Shown here: piece by piece, positions 19,680 to 28,241 of the stretch
How the letters are laid out: every line of letters begins with the position of its first letter
How positions within the stretch are numbered: position 1 is the first letter of the stretch
Assembly: GCA_963668675.2 (NCBI GenBank)
Contig: CAXXMB010000002.1
Location: 896,001 to 960,000, forward strand
Reading direction: 5' to 3'
DNA length: 64,000 bases
DNA from: an uncultured Desulfatitalea sp.
Lineage (GTDB): Bacteria > Desulfobacterota > Desulfobacteria > Desulfobacterales > Desulfosarcinaceae
Notes under the pieces: model-generated
Told to the model about the DNA's origin: nothing
Seen by the model: only the letters and a program-made list of their open reading frames with translations
The model's database searches: none
Made by a program: the position numbers and the translations under genes

Positions 19680-21161
19680 TCATCTGATTCGCAGGATCGG
19701 CACTCCAATACAGCCGATATCGATAATGAAGTGACAGATGATGGCGGGAACGATGCTGCGGTTCCGGTTGGCGACGAACTGCATGACCAACCCGTAGATC
19801 AACGAGAAGGTCCCCAGCACGGCGCCGGCGATCATGTAGTGGATAAGCGAGTAGATCAGGGCCTGCACCACGTAGGCGACCCATCTGGGGTACTCGGCCC
19901 GGCGGATCAGGCGATAGAGCGCCAGGCGGTACATCACCTCCTCCGAGACGGCATTGAGCAGGCTCAGGACAAGAATGGGCGGCCAGAACTCGAAACCACG
20001 CATCCGGGGCGGCCTGCGGAATACGAGAAGATCGACCGCATAGTAGATGCTGACGGCCAGCCCGAGCAGAAAGGCCCAGGAGAATCGATCCCATTTGAAA
20101 TGGGGCCGGATCGGCACATCGGAGCGCTTGAGCCAATAGAGCGAAAAGATCGGTACGATCATCATCGGCAGATAATAGAGAATGCGCATATAGGCTTCAG
20201 GGAGCGAGACTACCGGTTGAAAGGGCCACTGCCAGATTCTGACGTTCCGGGTAAGATGGTAGACGGCAAAAATGAATAGCATGTAGGAGACCAGAAACAG
20301 GGCCACGGAGAAGAGGCGCTTGCCCCCCTCGATAGTCTTTCGGGCGTCCTCGCTGTATGGGACAGATGAAAACGCTCCCCGGCGATAGCGGTACCAGATG
20401 AAGAGAAAGATCGCCATGGAGAAGAGGAGATAGATCCCCATGGCGTACTGAGCCTGGGTAAGGCCGAAAAAAATGCGGTGTTCGCTGCGAAAGACCTCGT
20501 AGATGATCCGAATTGCCGGATAGATCATGAAGTAGGAGGCCAATATCACACCCCGGTATCGCTCGCGGGTCTGCTGATCGGCATAGACAAGACCATAGAG
20601 CCGGCGCAAAAAGAGGAAAAGGCATATATTGGTGATGATGGCATAGAGCGGCACCGGATTTTGAAAGTGCATCTTCAGGCCGTAGAGGTTGATGCGGCAG
20701 ACCCGGCCCCAGCAGCAGCCTGCGATCAGACACCCCAAACGACCGAAAGCGTGGGCAAACGGCATGTAGAGAAATATGGCATCAAAGGTCTCCAGAAACT
20801 TCAGCCGCATCAGGTGGCAAAGCAGGGTGCCGATAAGCACAGGCAGAATCAAACTCGCGTGGTAGGTGTGCGACGTGCCGCAAAAGATGTTTTCGAAAAA
20901 AAAGCCGACACTCCACTGGTCGAAGGGCTTGTAAAACATGTTGGCCGCCCGCGACCCAAAATAGCCAGCAGGCAGAAAGACCACGATGGCAAGCAGGACG
21001 AACAGGCGCACACGCCGCTCCGGATAGTCCAGCGCCACCAGACGTTTGCCCACCAGGATCATGAAGACGACCATCACGGCCACAATGGTGGCGTAATAGT
21101 AGATCTCCCCGAGCATTTTAAGAAAGGGGTGCTCCTGGGCCCAGTGGAAATAGCGGATCAT
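19680..21161 (-). CDS. Fusion of prolipoprotein diacylglyceryl transferase (Lgt)-like domain and CPBP/CAAX intramembrane protease domain
   Basis: Lgt-like: GSR, YHASL, AFGRLGCLIAGCCWG, PVPLY, RIIYEVFR. CPBP: EEVMYR, YSLIH, HFIID. Confidence 0.85.
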   Translation of the reverse strand: MIRYFHWAQEHPFLKMLGEIYYYATIVAVMVVFMILVGKRLVALDYPERRVRLFVLLAIVVFLPAGYFGSRAANMFYKPFDQWSVGFFFENIFCGTSHTYHASLILPVLIGTLLCHLMRLKFLETFDAIFLYMPFAHAFGRLGCLIAGCCWGRVCRINLYGLKMHFQNPVPLYAIITNICLFLFLRRLYGLVYADQQTRERYRGVILASYFMIYPAIRIIYEVFRSEHRIFFGLTQAQYAMGIYLLFSMAIFLFIWYRYRRGAFSSVPYSEDARKTIEGGKRLFSVALFLVSYMLFIFAVYHLTRNVRIWQWPFQPVVSLPEAYMRILYYLPMMIVPIFSLYWLKRSDVPIRPHFKWDRFSWAFLLGLAVSIYYAVDLLVFRRPPRMRGFEFWPPILVLSLLNAVSEEVMYRLALYRLIRRAEYPRWVAYVVQALIYSLIHYMIAGAVLGTFSLIYGLVMQFVANRNRSIVPAIICHFIIDIGCIGVPILRIR

Positions 21162-21268
21162 GAAGTGCCTTGCAGATACGGTATCATCAAATCACAGCTC
21201 GCGCTTCGGGCCTTCCTTGGATAAGCGTCGAAAGTACGTTCGGCAGACGCACCCGAAAGTTCAATAGT

Positions 21269-21302
21269 AAAAAAGCCCTTCCTGAAAGAAAGGGCTTTTT
21301 TT
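21269..21302 (-). terminator. Intrinsic terminator about 107 nt upstream of the Lgt-CPBP start
   Basis: AAAAAAGCCCTT-N-AAGGGCTTTTTT hairpin with T-tracts on both strands. Confidence 0.75.
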
Positions 21303-21662
21303 AAGGGATGGCATTTTAGTAGATCCGGTTCGGAGCAGGGGTTGAAAACCGGCGGTTCCAGACTTTTTTGGCGCAGACCCAATCCGCTTGAACCAACGTC
21401 CCATTGAAACAAGCAACAGCACCTATCCCCTTATAACCCTTGAAAAGCCCCTGCTGAAACCGCCGGTATTCAAACCAACCTGTTCTCCTATTAACGGGCT
21501 TCCTCTCACACTCCTTCTCGCAAAAAGGGCTTTTCGTCGAGTTGCCGCCATGGCAACTTCGGGTTCTGAATGTGGACTCTACTCTCTCTCCCGTCATCGG
21601 GCAATTAGGGAAACTCCTAAAAACGGAGAGGGAATCCCTAATTTTCCATTTCACATTTAGGG

Positions 21663-21693
21663 AAAATGCCCTGCACCTTCATGGACAGGGCAT
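21663..21693 (-). terminator. Probable terminator of the hydrolase gene
   Basis: Minus strand ATGCCCTG-N12-CAGGGCAT-TTT immediately after stop at 21701. Confidence 0.55.
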
Positions 21694-21700
21694 ATGACCG

Positions 21701-22528
21701 CTAATCACACCCGCCGCCGCCGGCCAGCTCCAGAGGTGGTGCGTCCAGGCGCACATCGGTCATATCGGAGCCTGGATTTTCGATGGTAGAGCCGTACGAT
21801 GTGTCTCCCTCACCGAAATATTTGAGCCAGGCGATGATGTAATCATCGGCGGTGCCGGGGTTGGAGTTGCTGCCCCAGAACATATGCCCCTCGCCCGCCA
21901 TCGAGGCGTAGCCCCTTGCGTCCAGGAAGTCCAAATCGTTATAAGCGCCTTCACCCATGTAGGGCGGGGCGATCAGATCGGCGGTGCCGGTCAGGATCAG
22001 CGTCGCCGCCGTATGCCCATAGCCGGGATTGGGGCTCCAGGGGGCCAGGGCGATGCAGGTTTCGATCTCGTTGCCCAGGTCTGTGCCGGCGTTCAGCGAG
22101 CCACCGCCGCCCTTGGACCAACCCATCGTACCATAGGAACCGATCTTGCCGTAAAGCGGGCTGCCGCTGTCGCCATTTTCATCTTGCAAAATGGCAACGC
22201 CGCTCTTGTGGGCCCGCTCGTATCCGGCAACCGTGGAGTTGTCGTAGGCACTGACCGCAATGGCTACCATTCCGGCTTCTGCAATCGACTCCGTTATCCA
22301 GTACATGTTCTCTTTGGATCCGGTGTAGCCGCTGGTCGCGGTGGTCGAATGAACGCTGCTCAACGTGTCGATATTGCACGGATAGAAAACGCGGGCGCTT
22401 CCAATGAGGTGTGAGGTTTCATAGGAGCTGATATCATAGGTGCATACGCCCTCCTCTTCACAGGCAATCAACGCAACCGTACATACGGCCGCAAGCAATA
22501 AGACCAACACTCTTTTCATTGTCTTCAT
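21701..22528 (-). CDS. Lipoprotein alpha/beta-hydrolase, PETase/cutinase-like
   Basis: Lipobox LIAC; SGYT, MGWSKGGGGSL, LAPW, ADLIAP, GH, AWLKYF...DTSY. Confidence 0.85.
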   Translation of the reverse strand: MKTMKRVLVLLLAAVCTVALIACEEEGVCTYDISSYETSHLIGSARVFYPCNIDTLSSVHSTTATSGYTGSKENMYWITESIAEAGMVAIAVSAYDNSTVAGYERAHKSGVAILQDENGDSGSPLYGKIGSYGTMGWSKGGGGSLNAGTDLGNEIETCIALAPWSPNPGYGHTAATLILTGTADLIAPPYMGEGAYNDLDFLDARGYASMAGEGHMFWGSNSNPGTADDYIIAWLKYFGEGDTSYGSTIENPGSDMTDVRLDAPPLELAGGGGCD

Positions 22529-22986
22529 CTTCTCCTCCCAGATTTGTGGTTAGCGATAGTGGATGGATATCCGATTCTGAAAACCGTAACGGCAGTCTCC
22601 GACACGGTCTCCCCAAGCGCACCATTTGATGGTTTTCCGAACAGCACCAAGCTGCCTGCAATTCCGGCAACACCTGTTTTTTGCGAAATGCCGGTGAAGT
22701 AACAAATTGGAAATTCGATCGGGAGATGAAACAGTTTCGCGATTCGTCCCCTCCATATAGTATGGCTCTGAAGGTCTGACAATCGGGGATTCCCTGTAAA
22801 TGCTTCTCCTAAATCCTATTTCAGAGCTATCCATATGGCGAAACCGCTCGCAAATGCTTACCATACGGCCCTGTTTCACAGAGATGGCGTTGCGATCCAC
22901 TGAGTTTGTGAATAAGGGGACGGGTTTAAGAATTAGGACATAAAGCGGAAAGGAGAGGGAGGAATGTTCTCAGAGGCGATGCTTTT

Positions 22987-23240
22987 TCAGGATGTTGCTG
23001 AGGGGTCGGCTTTTGCAGGGTCTGGAATCTTGCCGGTGGTGAGCAACGCACGCGTTACCGTACAGGCCTGTTCGATGGCCGGGGAGCGGCCGCTGATGAT
23101 GTCGCTGAAAATGATCGATTCGTTGGTTCGAATGAGCACCTCGGCAAGCTTATCGGCCGATCCCGAAATATGCAGATGCCCCCTGTCGGACTGGTCCTGA
23201 ATATGGTCGGCGGCAACCTTGATCAGGCAATCGTGGGATC
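22987..23240 (-). pseudogene. C-terminal fragment of a third QsdR-type TetR regulator
   Basis: KVAADHIQDQSDRGHLHISGSADKLAEVLIRTNESIIFSDIISGRSPAIEQAC matches the C-termini of the two upstream paralogues; no HTH and no ATG. Confidence 0.8.
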
Positions 23241-23245
23241 CGGCT

Positions 23246-23917
23246 TCATTTGCTCTCAGGGGAGGTAGTCTGCTCCTCGACGGCTTCACTCGAGGAGAGC
23301 AGCAGGCGAACGATGGTGCAGGCCTTGTCAATGGCGGGGGAGCGCCCACTGATGACGTCGCTGTACAAAATACCCTGATTGGCAAGGATAAAGATCTCAG
23401 CCAATTTTTCCGGGGGTGAATGAAGCTGGATATGCCCTGCAGCCGCCTGTTCACGCAGGTGCTCAGCGGCAAGCGTTACGGTGCGTTTGCTCACCCCGCT
23501 GGAGAAGTTGGTCAGGATGCGAAAGGCGTAGCTCGGATCATCTTTGATGAACTGCTGCATAGGGGGAAATGATAGAATCGAGCTCATGAAATTGCGATGC
23601 ACATTTACGATATGGTCGATCCCGTTTCCCGGTGTCTCACGCACGGCCCGCTCCCAAGTCGGCCGGGTCAAAGACCAGAAGAGCTCATCCATCAGGAGAT
23701 CTTTCTTTCCGACCCAGCGATACAGTGTACCGCGACTGACTCCGATCTCCTTAGCCAACTTGCCGAAGCTGATCTTCTTGCCCTCCAGCCATCGCCGTCG
23801 GGCCAACTTGAACACTTCCAGGGGTGTGGCTTGGGGGCGTTTGGTGTTGGCCAGCGCCATGGCAAGGGGCGTTTTGTTCGTCTTGTCTGCTTTATTCACA
23901 GTCGCTTCAATTTCCAA
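23246..23917 (-). CDS. QsdR-family (TetR-like) transcriptional regulator
   Basis: HTH LAKEIGVSRGTLYRWVG; C-terminal YSDVISGRSP. Confidence 0.88.
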   Translation of the reverse strand: MEIEATVNKADKTNKTPLAMALANTKRPQATPLEVFKLARRRWLEGKKISFGKLAKEIGVSRGTLYRWVGKKDLLMDELFWSLTRPTWERAVRETPGNGIDHIVNVHRNFMSSILSFPPMQQFIKDDPSYAFRILTNFSSGVSKRTVTLAAEHLREQAAAGHIQLHSPPEKLAEIFILANQGILYSDVISGRSPAIDKACTIVRLLLSSSEAVEEQTTSPESK

Positions 23918-24000
23918 TCGGGTGTAAGGGGTTCACTAATTACTGACCAGATGAAATCATATTCAGGGGGTCTCTGGCAAACACACGCTTCTTGAAGATG

Positions 24001-24651
24001 CTAATTCTCCTTTATTGAAGTTGCCTTGTGCTCTATGGTCACGCTCGAAGTGAGCAGCAGGCGGATCAGTTCGCACGCCTTGTCAATGGCAGGCGACCGA
24101 CCGCTGATGACATCGCTGTATATGATCCCCTGGTTGGCCAGGATGAAAATCTCAGCAAGCTTCTCCGGAGGCGAATGGAAACGCAGGTGCCCCATGGCCT
24201 GTTGCGCCCGCAGATGGTTGGCTGTGGCTTCGATCACTCTCGCACTGACGCCGCTGGATGGGTTGGTCATCAGCCGCAGGGCGTAACTGGGCTCCTCTTT
24301 GATAAATCGTTGGGTCGATGTAAACGACAGAATCGATTTCATGAACTGCCGATGCACCCCGATGATATGATCGATACCATGACCAGGTGTCTCTTTGATG
24401 GCCTGGGCGAATGCAGGTTCGGTGATCGCCCAGAAGACCTCATCCATCAGCAGGTCTTTGCTGCCCACCCAGCGGTAGAGGGTGCCGCGGCTGATTCCCA
24501 CCTCACTGGCCAGATCGCCGATGCTGATTCGCTTGCCCTGGCACCATCTTTTTTTCGCAATTTTAAACACTTCGAGAGGTGTTGCCTGGGGACGATCGGC
24601 ATTGGCGAGCGCCATGGCGAGCGGTGTTCTATTTATGGAAGCTTGTTTCAA
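24001..24651 (-). CDS. QsdR-family (TetR-like) transcriptional regulator
   Basis: HTH LASEVGISRGTLYRWVG; close paralogue of 23246..23917. Confidence 0.88.
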   Translation of the reverse strand: MKQASINRTPLAMALANADRPQATPLEVFKIAKKRWCQGKRISIGDLASEVGISRGTLYRWVGSKDLLMDEVFWAITEPAFAQAIKETPGHGIDHIIGVHRQFMKSILSFTSTQRFIKEEPSYALRLMTNPSSGVSARVIEATANHLRAQQAMGHLRFHSPPEKLAEIFILANQGIIYSDVISGRSPAIDKACELIRLLLTSSVTIEHKATSIKEN

Positions 24652-24695
24652 AGTTTTTGTGATACCCGTCGATTTTTAACTGAATTTTTGAATCG

Positions 24696-24724
24696 AGTAT
24701 GACAATAAGCCTGCTTTGTGTCAA
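24696..24724 (-). promoter_or_regulatory. Sigma70-type promoter for the QsdR genes, overlapping a TGACA-N14-TGTCA inverted repeat
   Basis: Minus strand TTGACA-N17-CATACT. Confidence 0.6.
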
Positions 24725-24907
24725 TGATCAAGTCAACACAGGACCCCTTGCCAACACCCCGGACTTTGATGATTTCATACACTGTACGACAAGCATGAAC
24801 ATGAGGGAGTATATTTTCCCTTGTTTTCAGGTGTGAGCGAGGATAAAATTGCAGGGTTGGCGTTTATTGTGAGCGTAAACCGCTCGAACCGTACGAGAGG
24901 AGCAGCA

Positions 24908-26842
24908 ATGTCGTACTTGATTCAAGGGAAGAAAGGCGAGCAGCGTCTGTATATGGGCAATGAGGCCATTGCGCGCGGTGCTCTGGAAGCAGGTATTTCG
25001 GTGGCGGCCGGTTATCCGGGCACGCCTTCGTCTGAAATCATCGAAAACCTGGCCAAAGTATCCAAAGAGCGCAACCTCTATGTGGAGTGGTCGGTCAATG
25101 AAAAGGTGGCCCTGGAGGTGGCGGCGGCAGCCTCATTTGCAGGACTGAGGGCGTTGTGCGTGATGAAACAGAACGGTGTAAATGTCGCCTCCGACTTTCT
25201 GCTCCATCTGGCCGGCTCGGGTACCCGCGGCGGTCTCGTCCTGGTCCCGTGCGACGATCCGGGCGCCCTCTCCAGCGTCAACGAAGGGGAATCACGCCAC
25301 TTTGCGCGAATGGTGGAGATTCCGCTGCTCGAACCGGGCACCTTCCAGGAGGCCAAGGAGATGATCGCATATGCCTTCTCGCTCTCCGAAGAGCTGCGCA
25401 CCCTGGTGATGGTGCGCAGCGTCACGCGCCTCTCCCACGCCAGCGGAGATGTGACATTGGACCAACTGCCTCCCACCGACGCCAAAGCCTATTTCAAGCA
25501 CGACGGCTTCATCCTGGATCAGATGGAGGGTGCGGTGATCAGCTCCCCGGTGGAGTTCAAACATGAACTGCAGCAGGAGCGCGTTCAGAAGGCCGCCGAA
25601 CTGTTCGAGGAGAGCCCGTTCAACACCTACAACGGGCCGAGCGACCCCGACGTTTTATTGATCACCAGCAGCGCGTGCAACCTATATAGCAAAGAGGCGG
25701 TGCGGATACTCGATGCCGAGTCGCGGGTCGGCATTCTCAAAATGGGCACCACCTGGCCGCTGCCGCCGCGATTCGTGGAGCGCCACCTGCGCATGGCCGA
25801 CAAGATATTGATCGTGGAGGAGGTGCTGCCGTTCCTCGAAGAGAGCGTCAAGATACTGGCCGCTGAACTGGGCCATTCCATCGGCACCAAAACGTTCTAC
25901 GGCAAACGCGATGGCACCATCCCGTCCACCGGCGAAATGAACCCCGATCGGGTCATCGACGGCCTGGCCAGGGTGCTTGGCATCGACTACAGCGCCATGT
26001 CGGAAAGCTATGCCAAGAAGGCTCAGGAATCGGCCTTTTCCGGCGCTCCCGAGCGCGACCTCACCTTCTGCCCCGGGTGCCCCCACCGCGCTTCGTTCTG
26101 GTCGATCCACAACGCCCTGCAGATGGATCACCGCCAAGGCTTTGTCTGCGGCGATATCGGTTGCTACTCTCTGGCCATGCGCCCCACGGGTTATGAAAGC
26201 CTGAAAACCCTGCACGCCATGGGATCGGGAACCGGGGTGGCCAGCGGCTTTGGCATGCTGAAGCAGTTCGGCCTCGACCAACCGGTAATGGCTGTCAGCG
26301 GTGATTCCACCTTTTTCCACGCCGTCATGCCGGCCCTGGCCAATGCCGCCCACCACCGATCCAACATCACGGTGGTGGTTTTAGACAACAGCGGTACCGC
26401 CATGACCGGTTTTCAGCCCCATCCGGGCCTCACGGTGGATGCGGCCGGCAACGCCGTGCAAGCCCTTGATATCAAGGGCATCTGCGAAGCCATGGGCGCC
26501 GAGGTACACCAATGCGATCCGTTCGACCTGGAGACCACCCAGTCGACGATTCTGGAGCTGATGTCCTCGGGAGAGGGGCTCAAAGTGCTCATTCTCAAAC
26601 AGATCTGCGCCCTGAGCCCCGAGAAGAAGGGCAAGCGGATGTTCAACATGAGCATCGACGAAACGCTCTGCCGCGGCGAGAACTGCGGATGCAATCGACT
26701 CTGCACCCGGGTCTTCAAATGTCCCGGTTTGATGTGGGACCAGGCGGCGGGGGTCTCCCGCATCGACGATGTCATCTGCGCAGGCTGCGGCGTGTGCGCA
26801 TCCATCTGCCCTGCTGGGGCCATCCGAAAGGAAGCGGTGTAA
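24908..26842 (+). CDS. iorA: Indolepyruvate:ferredoxin oxidoreductase alpha subunit
   Basis: MGNEAIARGALEAG, GYPGTPSSEI, EWSVNEKVALE, FCPGCPHR, GDIGCY, GDSTFFH, C-terminal ferredoxin Cys motifs. Confidence 0.93.
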   Translation: MSYLIQGKKGEQRLYMGNEAIARGALEAGISVAAGYPGTPSSEIIENLAKVSKERNLYVEWSVNEKVALEVAAAASFAGLRALCVMKQNGVNVASDFLLHLAGSGTRGGLVLVPCDDPGALSSVNEGESRHFARMVEIPLLEPGTFQEAKEMIAYAFSLSEELRTLVMVRSVTRLSHASGDVTLDQLPPTDAKAYFKHDGFILDQMEGAVISSPVEFKHELQQERVQKAAELFEESPFNTYNGPSDPDVLLITSSACNLYSKEAVRILDAESRVGILKMGTTWPLPPRFVERHLRMADKILIVEEVLPFLEESVKILAAELGHSIGTKTFYGKRDGTIPSTGEMNPDRVIDGLARVLGIDYSAMSESYAKKAQESAFSGAPERDLTFCPGCPHRASFWSIHNALQMDHRQGFVCGDIGCYSLAMRPTGYESLKTLHAMGSGTGVASGFGMLKQFGLDQPVMAVSGDSTFFHAVMPALANAAHHRSNITVVVLDNSGTAMTGFQPHPGLTVDAAGNAVQALDIKGICEAMGAEVHQCDPFDLETTQSTILELMSSGEGLKVLILKQICALSPEKKGKRMFNMSIDETLCRGENCGCNRLCTRVFKCPGLMWDQAAGVSRIDDVICAGCGVCASICPAGAIRKEAV

Positions 26843-26844
26843 CC

Positions 26845-27471
26845 ATGGAAAAATCCACTGCGGCCCTGGCGGCCGATCCTTACAACATGATCATCACGGG
26901 CGTGGGTGGCCAGGGCAATGTGCTGGCCTCCAGACTGCTGGGCAACATGCTCATGGCCCAGGGCCTTCACATCACCATTGGTGAAACCTTCGGGGCCTCC
27001 CAGCGCGGCGGCTCGGTGATGAGCCACCTGCGGGTGTCGACCCAGACCGACCTCTCTCCCCAGATCCCCAAGGGGCAGGCCCATCTGGTCATCTCCCTGG
27101 AGCCGACCGAAGCGCTGCGCGTATTGAAAGACTACGGCAACGAGCAGGCGCAGGTGCTGTGCAACGTGCGGCCCATCCACGCCATCGCCGTCATCAGCGG
27201 TGAAGCCAAATATCCCGAAATCGATCAACTGGAAGAGTGGATTGAGGCGCTCTCCAGCAAAGCGTGGTTCCTCAACGCCACCGAGGAGGCCATGGCTATG
27301 GGCAACCCCATCTTCAGCAACATCATCCTGGTGGGCGCCCTTGCGGCCACAGGCGTGCTCCCTCTGGACCGCACCATCTTCGAGGAGACCATCACCCGGA
27401 TGATCCCCAAGGAGAAAGTCGCCAAAAACCTGGAGGCCTTTGACAAGGGTAAGACCCTTATTCAGAATTGA
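26845..27471 (+). CDS. iorB: Indolepyruvate:ferredoxin oxidoreductase beta subunit
   Basis: GVGGQG, ETFGASQRGGSVMSHLR, NLEAFDKG. Confidence 0.92.
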   Translation: MEKSTAALAADPYNMIITGVGGQGNVLASRLLGNMLMAQGLHITIGETFGASQRGGSVMSHLRVSTQTDLSPQIPKGQAHLVISLEPTEALRVLKDYGNEQAQVLCNVRPIHAIAVISGEAKYPEIDQLEEWIEALSSKAWFLNATEEAMAMGNPIFSNIILVGALAATGVLPLDRTIFEETITRMIPKEKVAKNLEAFDKGKTLIQN

Positions 27472-27491
27472 GACGATCGAAAAGGGAGCCA

Positions 27492-28241
27492 ATGAAAAAG
27501 ATCTCCATGTTCATCCCTTGCCTGGTCGATCTGGTGCTCCCCCACATCGGTGAGAACACCGCGACCCTTCTCGGGCATCTGGATTGCGAACCGATCTATC
27601 ATCCGGAACAGACCTGCTGCGGCCTGATGTCATTCAACAGCGGCTACCGCGATGAAGCCAGACGGCTGGCACGGCACTTTATCCGCGTGTTCGAAAACGA
27701 CGACCTGATTGTCAGTCCTTCGGGGTCGTGCGTCAACATGGTCAAAAACCGCTATAAAAATCTGTTCGACGAGGATCCCGGCTGGCGCAAACGCGCCGCC
27801 GAGCTCGCGCCCCGTGTCTATGAGTTGAGCCAGTTCATCGTTGACCATCTGGGGGTGGAGCAGCTGGGCGGCAGCTACCAGGCCAAAGTCGCCTACCACG
27901 AGTCGTGCAGCACCCTCAACGCCCTCGGTGTGTCGGCCCAACCCAAAGCGCTGATCCGGTCGGTTGAGGGGGCCGAGTTGGTGGAGCTTACCGGCGCCGA
28001 TATCTGCTGCGGCTTCGGCGGCACCTTCGCCAACTCCTTTCCGGAGATCTCCACCGCACTGGTGCGGCAGAAAACGGAGTACTTCCTCGAAAGCGGTGCA
28101 GACCTGCTGGTCATGTGCGACCCCGGCTGTCTGCTCAACATCAGGGGCTACCTGGATCGCCACCATCCGGACAAAAAGGCCGTCCATATTGCCGACTTCC
28201 TGGCCGACAGCCTCCGGGGAGAGGTGCGGGCAACCACATGA
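27492..28241 (+). CDS. lutA: LutA/LldE-type Fe-S (CCG-domain) oxidoreductase
   Basis: QTCCG, SPSGSC, YHESC, CCGFGGTF, DPGCL. Confidence 0.88.
   Translation: MKKISMFIPCLVDLVLPHIGENTATLLGHLDCEPIYHPEQTCCGLMSFNSGYRDEARRLARHFIRVFENDDLIVSPSGSCVNMVKNRYKNLFDEDPGWRKRAAELAPRVYELSQFIVDHLGVEQLGGSYQAKVAYHESCSTLNALGVSAQPKALIRSVEGAELVELTGADICCGFGGTFANSFPEISTALVRQKTEYFLESGADLLVMCDPGCLLNIRGYLDRHHPDKKAVHIADFLADSLRGEVRATT

Noticed and set aside
21316..21654. 112-aa ORF between the hydrolase and Lgt-CPBP
   Set aside because: No recognisable domain or clear RBS, and it overlaps strong inverted repeats. Treated as probable RNA structure, though a small protein is not excluded.
22580..22700. Possible c-di-GMP-I riboswitch upstream of the hydrolase (GGAAAACCATC...ATGGTGCGC on the - strand)
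   Set aside because: Lacks the GNRA-capped P2 followed by CGCAAA and the tetraloop receptor; only small hairpins are evident.
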